Part shown: piece by piece, positions 48,581 to 56,397 of the stretch | How the letters are laid out: each line of letters starts with the position of its first letter | How positions within the stretch are numbered: the stretch's first letter is position 1 | NCBI GenBank assembly: GCA_965248695.1 | Contig: CBDFKD010000002.1 | Coordinates: forward strand, 4,512,001-4,576,000 | Length of the DNA: 64,000 bases | Reading direction: 5' to 3' | DNA from: Acidobacteriota bacterium | Lineage (GTDB): Bacteria > Acidobacteriota > UBA890 > WLXD01 | Position numbers and translations under genes: made by a program | Notes under the pieces: model-generated | What the model saw: only the letters and a program-made list of their open reading frames with translations | What the model was told of the DNA's origin: nothing | Database searches by the model: none

Positions 48581-49507
48581 CTACCGGATGACCGCGAGCT
48601 CGCCGCGCTCTTCGATCAATTGCTCGATGTGCTCCACCAGCCGCGTCCGCCGCGCCAGAAGCCCGCTCATCTGATACGGGGTCAAGAATGAGTCGACCGC
48701 ACCTCGGATCTGTTGCTCGGTCAGCTGCCGCAGCAGCTCCCACATGCGTGGAGCGCACCACACGAAATCGTCCACGTAGCGGAGCTCTGTACGCATCTGG
48801 AACGCCCGTGAATGATCAATCATCCAGAGCTTCCAGTCGGCATCCGACAGGTAATTACCGGCGTTGCGGTCGTCGTTGAACATCAAGGTGTCGAATACGC
48901 GCATCGCCTGGATCTGGCGTATCCAGTCGAGCGTTACCGGCGGACGTAGCTCGGTCTCCTTGCGCTCGTTCTCGCTGCGCGTTCCCTCCACCCAGAGCTG
49001 CACGCTGCCGCTGATGCCGTTGATCCGCCGACAAACCGTTGGCGGTACGTTGTCGAGCTCGAACAAGCGCGCCAGCTCGTAGGCGGCGCACTGATTCTTG
49101 TAGCTGTCGTAGTAGCGACGGAACGCGCGTCCGTTCGACCGTGCGTCGCGCGTCTCCTTGTCGATCCCGTGAAAGGCCGCACGTGCTCGTACGCCGTTGT
49201 GTTCGAGCTCCAGACGCTTGAGCCCGGTGATGCCGACACCGAAGTCTTCGGAGGAAACGACCCGCGCGCTGCGCAGGAAATCGGTTGCCTCGTCGTGGGT
49301 CCGAAACGGTAGCGGACCATCGGGCCCCGGCCAGGGGCGCGCGATTTCCGCTTCATCTTGAAACGGACGTGCCCAGGCGGGCGCGCTGGTGCCGCCCGCC
49401 CCCAACGGGAGCGCCAAGGCGATGACGCAGAGCGCAACGACGCGGGCTGAGGTACCGATGCGCGCGGTCGAGTCAGTGCTCCGGGGAGCGACCATGGGAC
49501 GCTCCAT
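48581..49507 (-). CDS. Secreted atypical protein-kinase-fold protein (PI3/PI4K- or FAM20-like)
   Basis: Signal-like segment VVALCVIALALPLG..AWA; AAYELARL...VPPTV.R...GSVQLWVEG; catalytic loop FDTLMFNDDRNAGN; metal motif IDHSRAF. Start 49507 or 49495. Confidence 0.7.
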   Translation of the reverse strand: MERPMVAPRSTDSTARIGTSARVVALCVIALALPLGAGGTSAPAWARPFQDEAEIARPWPGPDGPLPFRTHDEATDFLRSARVVSSEDFGVGITGLKRLELEHNGVRARAAFHGIDKETRDARSNGRAFRRYYDSYKNQCAAYELARLFELDNVPPTVCRRINGISGSVQLWVEGTRSENERKETELRPPVTLDWIRQIQAMRVFDTLMFNDDRNAGNYLSDADWKLWMIDHSRAFQMRTELRYVDDFVWCAPRMWELLRQLTEQQIRGAVDSFLTPYQMSGLLARRTRLVEHIEQLIEERGELAVIR

Positions 49508-49541
49508 GGTTGTTCGGCGAACAGGTCTCTCGAGGAGAGGC

Positions 49542-49820
49542 CTAGCAGGCCGTGGTGAAAGTGTGGTGGGTCTGGTTACGGCGAGTTGGGGCCAGATGCA
49601 AGGCGGGCTGACGCACACGATGCCCTGGCCATCGTCGAGGAAGGCCAACGCTGCAGGTGGCCCCAAATCGCCGTAACCCTTCGGGCGACTGGGGGTTGCG
49701 CGCGGATGCTGCGTCGTTTGTCGTCAACGATGGGGTAACCATCGCCTCCTCCTCTCTCCTGGCCTGCGCCTCGCAAGACCCTGTCGCCAGACCCACCGCA
49801 CTTTCACCACGGCCTGCTAG
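49542..49820. mobile_element. MITE (non-autonomous IS derivative), 271 bp plus CTAG target-site duplication
   Basis: CTAG-CAGGCCGTGGTGAAAGTGTGGTGGGTCTGG (49542-49575) and its reverse complement (49787-49820) match at 33 of 34 positions. CTAG flanks both ends. No transposase ORF. Internal 21-bp inverted repeat at 49574-49594/49658-49678. Confidence 0.72.
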
Positions 49821-49870
49821 AGTACGCGCTGCGCTCGCCGGAGACCATAGCCGACCCGCTGAGCAGGCTG

Positions 49871-50953
49871 CTACAGAATGGTTCGGCCAGTCGATAGCAA
49901 CCCGCGCGCCGTGGCCAGCTCGGCGGCCAGGATCGCACCGCCGGCAGCACCCCGCACGGTGTTGTGCGCAAGGGCTACGAACTTGAAGTCGAGTACCGCA
50001 CATGGGCGCAGACGGCCCACGGACACGGTCATGCCGCCGCCCAGATCCCGGTGCAAGCGCGGTTGGGGGGAGGACGGATCGTTCAGATACTGTAGCGGAC
50101 GGCTCGGCGCCGAGGGGAGGTCGAGGTGCTGCGGCTCACCGCGGAACTGATCCCAGGCACGTCGCACGTCGTCCTCCGCGGCCGAGTCGCGCAATCGAAC
50201 CGAGACGCACGACGTGTGCCCGTCGATCACGGCGACGCGATTGCAAGCAGCGCTGATCGTGATCGAGGCCGGATCGATCCCATCCGGTCCAAGGACGCCG
50301 AGGATCTTGCGCGATTCGGTCTCGATCTTTTCCTCCTCGCCGTCGATGAGCGGCAGCACGTTGTCGAGCATCTGCAGGCTCGACACTCCCGGGAGCCCGG
50401 CGCCGGAGACCGCCTGCAACGTCACTACCGAGAAAGCCTCGACGCCGAACGCGTCGAACAGCGGCTTCAGTGCCAGCACGACGCCGATGGTCGAGCAATT
50501 GGGGTTGGTGATGATGGCACCGGAGTGCTGTTGCCTGCCGGCAAGGTCGAGGTGCTCCGGGTTGACCTCCGGGACCAGGAGCGGCACGTCGGCGACCATG
50601 CGGTGGTTCCTTGCATTGGACACAGTCAAGGTGCCGGCGGCAGCGAAGCGGGTCTCGATATCTCCGGCTACGCTCGAGGCGAGCGAGGAAAACGCCAGCG
50701 GACAGTCTTCGCGCGGCGCACACTTCTGTACCACCATCGCGGCGATTTCGGCGGGCAGGGGAGCGGACTGAACCCAGTTGGTGGCCTCGGCGTACGTTCT
50801 TCCGGCGGATCGGTCCGAGGCCATGAGCGCACGGATATCGAACCAGGGATGCTCTGCCAGCAGGCTGACGAAACGCTGGCCGACGCTTCCGGTCGCGCCG
50901 AGCACGGCGACCGGGATTCTTTCGCCGAAACCCAGGTCGTTCAGTGTCTTCAA
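49871..50953 (-). CDS. asd: Aspartate-semialdehyde dehydrogenase (archaeal/eukaryote-type)
   Basis: LGATGSVGQRF, SNARNHRM..DVPL.VPEVN, TNPNCST (catalytic Cys), QAVSGAG, HNTVRGAAG. Confidence 0.95.
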   Translation of the reverse strand: MKTLNDLGFGERIPVAVLGATGSVGQRFVSLLAEHPWFDIRALMASDRSAGRTYAEATNWVQSAPLPAEIAAMVVQKCAPREDCPLAFSSLASSVAGDIETRFAAAGTLTVSNARNHRMVADVPLLVPEVNPEHLDLAGRQQHSGAIITNPNCSTIGVVLALKPLFDAFGVEAFSVVTLQAVSGAGLPGVSSLQMLDNVLPLIDGEEEKIETESRKILGVLGPDGIDPASITISAACNRVAVIDGHTSCVSVRLRDSAAEDDVRRAWDQFRGEPQHLDLPSAPSRPLQYLNDPSSPQPRLHRDLGGGMTVSVGRLRPCAVLDFKFVALAHNTVRGAAGGAILAAELATARGLLSTGRTIL

Positions 50954-53400
50954 GGAAGATCTCCCTGTGGCGTGATGCTCGGCGGCTTCACCGAGGCGTC
51001 CGAGTCTCTCATTGCGTGCAGGATATCCACCAGCACACCGGCGGCCGTCACCTCTGTGCCGGCACCCGGTCCCTGTAGCACCAGCGGGGCATCACGGTAG
51101 CGCTCGGTCCAGAAGGCAAACAGGTTGTCGCGATCGCGCACCGCAGCGCAGGGATGATCCGCTGGAATCTCCTGCAGCCCGACCCTGGCGCCGCTGTCAT
51201 CCAGTGTCGCCAGATAGCAGAGGACCGCATCGCGTTGCGCGCATGCCGTCTGCCGCTCGGCAAAATGTGCATCGAGTGTGTCCAGCCCGTCCCAGAACGC
51301 GTCCAGCGTCGTCGCCGACAGGTCGGGATCGGGGAGCAGTGACTCCACCTGAACATCGGTGGGTTCCATCCTCCGGCCGGCGACCCGTGCCAAGATCAGC
51401 AGCTTGCGGGCGACGTCCATGCCGCTGAGATCCTCGCGAGGATCGGGCTCCGTATAACCGGCCTCGTGGGCCTGGCGGACCGCTGCGCTAAAGGCCTCGC
51501 CCCGTCGCAGACGGTCCATCAGGAAGCTCAGCGTGCCGGAGAAGGTGCCCTCGACCTTGAGCAGCCGATCGCCGCTGGCGACAAGATCGGTCAGCGTGCG
51601 GATCACCGGTAGCCCGGCGCCAACGGTCGCCTCGTGATAGAGCCGGCACTGCTTGCCGCCTGCGTCGCGAATTGTCTCCCAGGCATCGAGCGTCCCCGCC
51701 AGCGGCTTCTTGTTCGCGGTTGCCACGGCGACGCCGGCGTCAAGCAGCGGTGCGTACGCCTCGCCGATCTCGTCTGCCGCGGTGCAGTCGACGAACACCC
51801 GGCGTCCGCCCAGCCCGCAGGTCCAGTTGACGAGCTCGGTCAGATCCGTTGGTCGTTCGTCGGCCGCCTCGACCTGACCCTGGCCGGACGTCTTCATGCT
51901 GCGGCTGTTGGCGATCCCCACGACCACCAGACGAGGGTCGTTCGCGGCGGTCGCTCGCAGTTGTTCCAGTAGCGCCGACCCCACGCCGCCGGTGCCGACA
52001 ACGATGACTCGAGCCGTGCCACTGTCCTCGAACAGGCAACAATGCATGGACTCGAGGGCCCGACGTTCGTCGTCGCGACCGACCACCAGCGAGATGTTGA
52101 GCTCCGAGGAGCCCTGCGCGATCGCGTGGATGTTCACCCCACTGGCGCCGAGCGCGCTGCACAGCTTGCCGGCGATTCCCGGGGTGTGGCGCATGCCCTC
52201 TCCGACCGCCGCCAGAACCGAGAGGTCGTTCTCCACTACCAGGTCGTCGATCAGCCCGGCGCTGCGCTCCAAATGAAACTCGCGTTCGATGCGTTGACGA
52301 GCGGTCTCGATGGCGTCGGGTGCGATGGCGAAGCAGATGGAATGCTCGCTGGACGCCTGGCTGATCAGGATCACGTTGATCTCTGCATCAGCGAGCGCGC
52401 CGAACAGACGACCGGCGATCCCCGGCATGCCGAACATCCCGTCGCCCTCCAGGCGTACCAGACTGACGCGGTTGATCGACGAGATCCCACAGATGGCCCG
52501 CGGGCGTTGTGGACGCTCATTGTCGATGCGAGTGCCAGCGAAATCCGGGTTCAGGGTATTGCGAATCAGAAGCGGAACCGAAGCCTCGCGCGCCGGCCGG
52601 ACGGTGGGTGGGTACACCACCCGGGCTCCGAAATGTGACAGCTCCATGAGCTCTTCGTAGCTCAGATGCGAGATCGGTCGGGCGTCCTCCACCAGTCGCG
52701 GATCGGCACTCAGCACCCCGTCGACGTCGGTCCAGATCTCGATGACGTCGGCCCCCACCGCTGCTCCGGCCAGCGAAGCGGTCAGGTCCGAGCCACCCCT
52801 GCCCAGGGTCGAGGTCTTGCCGTCAGCGGTTGCGGCAATGAACCCGGTGAGCACGGGTACGTCGGCACTCCGGTCGAGGTGGTCGCGAAGCCGCCCGGCG
52901 GTGATCTCCGGCTCGACCGCCGCTGCTCCGAATCGTTCGTCGGTGACGATCAGCTGCCGCGCATCACATGCCGTTGCCACCAGACCTGCGCGCCGGAGTG
53001 CTGCGGCGACCAGCTCGACCGACAGCAGCTCGCCGGTCGAGAGGATCGAGTCGAGCGTTCTGGGGCTGCACTCTCCCACCAGCGCAACGCCGCGAAGACG
53101 GTCCCGCAGCTCGCTCAGCACCGAGCCCAGTCGCTGGCGCAAGGTACCTACGTCCCCGGCGTCCGCGAGGATCTGGAGAGCCTCGATGTGCCGTGATTCG
53201 ATCGCATCGCAGGTGGCGTCGAAGTCCGCGTCTTCGGCCGCCAGCTCCGACGCCGCCAGTAACGCGTCGGTAGTACCACCCATGGCGGATACCACCACGC
53301 AAACGCGGGTCTGGCTCGCGGTCTGGGCAATGATGCGCGCCACCGTCGCAATGTGCTCAGCGCTTTGCAGCGAGGTGCCGCCGAATTTGAGAATCTTCAT
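50950..53400 (-). CDS. thrA: Bifunctional aspartate kinase/homoserine dehydrogenase I
   Basis: MKILKFGGTS, VVSAMGG, TLGRGGSD, WTDVDG, two ACT domains (QASSEHS, QGSSELN), ANKK, EATVGAGLP, GYTEPDPREDLSGMD, GPGAG. Confidence 0.95.
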   Translation of the reverse strand: MKILKFGGTSLQSAEHIATVARIIAQTASQTRVCVVVSAMGGTTDALLAASELAAEDADFDATCDAIESRHIEALQILADAGDVGTLRQRLGSVLSELRDRLRGVALVGECSPRTLDSILSTGELLSVELVAAALRRAGLVATACDARQLIVTDERFGAAAVEPEITAGRLRDHLDRSADVPVLTGFIAATADGKTSTLGRGGSDLTASLAGAAVGADVIEIWTDVDGVLSADPRLVEDARPISHLSYEELMELSHFGARVVYPPTVRPAREASVPLLIRNTLNPDFAGTRIDNERPQRPRAICGISSINRVSLVRLEGDGMFGMPGIAGRLFGALADAEINVILISQASSEHSICFAIAPDAIETARQRIEREFHLERSAGLIDDLVVENDLSVLAAVGEGMRHTPGIAGKLCSALGASGVNIHAIAQGSSELNISLVVGRDDERRALESMHCCLFEDSGTARVIVVGTGGVGSALLEQLRATAANDPRLVVVGIANSRSMKTSGQGQVEAADERPTDLTELVNWTCGLGGRRVFVDCTAADEIGEAYAPLLDAGVAVATANKKPLAGTLDAWETIRDAGGKQCRLYHEATVGAGLPVIRTLTDLVASGDRLLKVEGTFSGTLSFLMDRLRRGEAFSAAVRQAHEAGYTEPDPREDLSGMDVARKLLILARVAGRRMEPTDVQVESLLPDPDLSATTLDAFWDGLDTLDAHFAERQTACAQRDAVLCYLATLDDSGARVGLQEIPADHPCAAVRDRDNLFAFWTERYRDAPLVLQGPGAGTEVTAAGVLVDILHAMRDSDASVKPPSITPQGDLP

Positions 53401-53429
53401 TCCAACAGTCCGGGTCGTTGACGCCGGGC

Positions 53430-53963
53430 TCAGTAGACGCGTCGGTACTCGCCGTCGAATACCGTGCTCCAGCTGGCGCCGCCGTCGGTGCTTTGCTCCC
53501 AGTGCTGTCGAACGTGACCGCTCTCGAGAGGCGTCCAGGTGATGCGGCTCGTGCCATCGGCGGCGACCATGCGCATGCTGCCGTTCTCGATGCCACCGTT
53601 GATGTAGAGCGGCGCCCCGGCTACGTCGATCCAGGTCTGATGCCACCTGCCGCTGCCGGCGTCGTAGAAGTTGTAGCTCGAGCCGCGGTGCCCGGTGCCG
53701 CCGCGCCAGCTCTCGTGCAACGCACAGCCACCCAGGACCTTGTCGATACGGTTGCTACCGACGCGCTGACCCTGGGGGCCGTAGACCTCCCAATCGCCGA
53801 TCCAGAAATCGAACTGGCGGTGCTCCGGCGTGGAGCAGGGTCGCTGTTGTTGCTGCTGTTCCAAGGCTGTCGGTGAGCTCGGGGCGCCAACGCCCTGCGG
53901 ATTGGCAGGGGCGGCGGCCATCAGGATGGCAATTCCGATCAGGGCGGTGCGTCGAATCTGCAT
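53430..53963 (-). CDS. Secreted conserved hypothetical protein (DUF1579-like)
   Basis: Signal peptide; C..PEHRQFDFWIGDWEV, W.QTWID, VRQHWEQSTDGG.SW..FDG.Y. Confidence 0.75.
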   Translation of the reverse strand: MQIRRTALIGIAILMAAAPANPQGVGAPSSPTALEQQQQQRPCSTPEHRQFDFWIGDWEVYGPQGQRVGSNRIDKVLGGCALHESWRGGTGHRGSSYNFYDAGSGRWHQTWIDVAGAPLYINGGIENGSMRMVAADGTSRITWTPLESGHVRQHWEQSTDGGASWSTVFDGEYRRVY

Positions 53964-54326
53964 ATTGCTGGTCTCGTGGGGGATTGAGGTTGTCGGCGTC
54001 TACGACGCCATGCCTTTGTCTTGCAGCTCTTTCTCGGCGTCGGGTGACTTCGAAAGGGCCGCTAGCCGCATCCCCCGAAGAACCCCCGACGTCTTGCTGA
54101 ACTGAATGTTGCCGTACTCCACGATCTGCACACGGTTCTCCTCTCTCAAGGCATCTCCCTGCATGAGGCAGTGAAGCCTATCACCGCTCCTGTGCCGTTC
54201 CGGTCGCGCGGGCGATGTGCTAGCGTCGGCCCAGCCACGGGGCTCGGTCGGGCCTGAACACCTTCGCTGTCGGGCTTGTCGAGCGGTGTTTTGCTGCTCC
54301 CGCCCCGCGAGGACCAGGAGGCCGCG

Positions 54327-56318
54327 ATGAAGTTCACCGACCGCGAGCTGGGCATGGGCCGCGCCATCACCCGTCGCGACTTTCTCAACGGTGCCAGCGT
54401 CGCAATCGGTAGCGCTGGAGCGATCGGGGCGGCGGTCCCGGGGAACGCTCACGCTGCAAACGGCCCGAGTAGCAGTGCGCCCGCACGACGCCGTGTCCAG
54501 GCGGACGGCGAGCACTATCCGCCCGGGTTGACCGGGATGCGCGGTAGCCACGAGGGGTCGTTCGAGGTGGCGCACGAGATGCGCTACGGCAAGACCTGGG
54601 ACCAGCCTGAAGACACAGGCGAGGTGTACGACCTGATCGTGGTTGGCGGCGGCCTGAGCGGCCTGGCAGCGGCGTTCTACTTCCGCAAGGCGCTGCCCGA
54701 ATCAAAGGTGCTGGTGCTCGACAACCACGACGACTTCGGCGGCCATGCGAAGCGCAACGAGGTCATGGTCAACGGACACCAGGTGATCGGCACCGGGGGC
54801 ACCTCCTACATCACCGGTGCGTATACGCCCGAGGGTGAGACTTTGCTCGAGGAGATCGGCATCGATCCCGAGCGCTTCCACAAGCTCGGCGGCGAGCGCG
54901 GCGTGCTGGCCCGCGAGTACGGCCTGCAGAACGCGGTGTTCTTCGACGAGGAGAACTTCGGCGAGGATCGACTCACGGTGGGCGTGCCGGGGCGACGCGC
55001 CAGCGGAGCGGCGCCGCTGCCGTGGTCGGAGTTTCTGGCCAAGACACCGCTTCCGCCGCAGGCGCAGAAAGACATCGCCGATCTCTACGGCGACGCGCGC
55101 GACTACATGCCGGGGGTGACGCTCGAGGAGAAGATCCGTCGGCTCAAGAAGATGAGCTACAAGGACTTCCTGCTCGACGTCGTTGGGGTGGATGAGAGCG
55201 TCGTCAAGTATTTCTGGCACAGCCCGGACTCCAACGGTGTCGCCGGTATCGACACCCAGAGCGCCTGGGGTGCGTTCCGATCAGGATGGGTCCCAGGACT
55301 CGACGCGATGGGTCTCGAACGTCCGCCGCGCAACTGGCTCGAGGGAAGGGACAACCCGTGGGAGGGAATCAAGTTCCCGGACGGCAACGCCGGGATCGCC
55401 CGGCTGATCGTTCGCTGGCTGATCCCGGGCTCGCTCCCCGGCAGCACCATGGAGGACTCGGTCGCCACGCACGTCCGTTACGGGGAGCTCGACAAGGCGT
55501 CCAATCCGGTACGCATCCGTCTGAGCAGCACGGTGGTCAACGCCCGACACCGCGGCGAGCGGCGCACCGCCGGTGAGGTCGAGGTGACCTACGTGCAGGA
55601 CGGCAAGGCGCGCCGTGTCCGCGGCGGCACCTGCGTCATGGCCTGCTACAACGCCATGATCCCGTACCTGTGCCCCGAGATTCCGGAGGAACAGAAGACA
55701 GCGCTGAAGTGGGCCGTGCGCAAGCCCTACGTCGAGACCAACGTCGTGCTACGCAACTGGCGAGCGTTTCACGAGCTCGGCATCGCCCGCATCAGCTGTC
55801 CGATGGGCTACCACCAGTCGATTTCGCTCACCGACTGGGCTCCGAGCATCGGCGACTACACACGCCCCGGAGACCCCGAGGACCCGATGATGCTGCACCT
55901 GTCGTTCGTGCCGGTCCAACCGGGATTGCCCTCCAAGGACCAATTCCGCGCCGGTCGCGAGAAGCTGCTAGCGACGACTTTCGAGACCGTCGAGCGCAAC
56001 ACCCGGGATCAGCTGGCCCGTGCGCTGGACGGTAGCGGGTTCGATCCGGCGCGCGACATCGAGGCGATGATCTGCAACCGCTGGCCGCACGGCTACGCGG
56101 GCGCTGCGAACGATCTGTACGATCCTGAGTACGGCTACGACGAGGCTCCGTGGGTTGTAGGGCGCGAGCGCTTTGGCCGCATCACGGTGGCCAACTCGGA
56201 TGCCGCCGCAATTTGCCTCACTCAGGCGGCGTTCGACCAGGCGCACCGTGCCGTGCAGGAGCTGATCACCGACGTAATCCGCCCGGAGTTCCAGTATCCG
56301 TGGGCGGAAAGGACCTGA
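54327..56318 (+). CDS. spdH: Tat-exported flavoprotein, spermidine dehydrogenase-like
   Basis: DRELGMGRAITRRDFLNG, YPPGLTGMRGSH.GSFE.AH, GGGLSG, LDNHDDFGGHAKRNE, FPDGNA, NRWPHGYA, ANSDA; AGGAGG RBS. Confidence 0.8.
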   Translation: MKFTDRELGMGRAITRRDFLNGASVAIGSAGAIGAAVPGNAHAANGPSSSAPARRRVQADGEHYPPGLTGMRGSHEGSFEVAHEMRYGKTWDQPEDTGEVYDLIVVGGGLSGLAAAFYFRKALPESKVLVLDNHDDFGGHAKRNEVMVNGHQVIGTGGTSYITGAYTPEGETLLEEIGIDPERFHKLGGERGVLAREYGLQNAVFFDEENFGEDRLTVGVPGRRASGAAPLPWSEFLAKTPLPPQAQKDIADLYGDARDYMPGVTLEEKIRRLKKMSYKDFLLDVVGVDESVVKYFWHSPDSNGVAGIDTQSAWGAFRSGWVPGLDAMGLERPPRNWLEGRDNPWEGIKFPDGNAGIARLIVRWLIPGSLPGSTMEDSVATHVRYGELDKASNPVRIRLSSTVVNARHRGERRTAGEVEVTYVQDGKARRVRGGTCVMACYNAMIPYLCPEIPEEQKTALKWAVRKPYVETNVVLRNWRAFHELGIARISCPMGYHQSISLTDWAPSIGDYTRPGDPEDPMMLHLSFVPVQPGLPSKDQFRAGREKLLATTFETVERNTRDQLARALDGSGFDPARDIEAMICNRWPHGYAGAANDLYDPEYGYDEAPWVVGRERFGRITVANSDAAAICLTQAAFDQAHRAVQELITDVIRPEFQYPWAERT

Positions 56319-56397
56319 TCGATTCATCCACTGCTACTGGACGATATGTAGCCTCGGAGGTACCGTCAGGGCACGTGCTAACCAGAGGTGAGGTGAA

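Noticed and set aside
54000-54164. 54-codon minus-strand ORF (MQGDALREENRVQIVEYGNIQFSK...)
   Set aside because: No RBS or recognisable family. It could be another remnant, but I cannot support that without a search.
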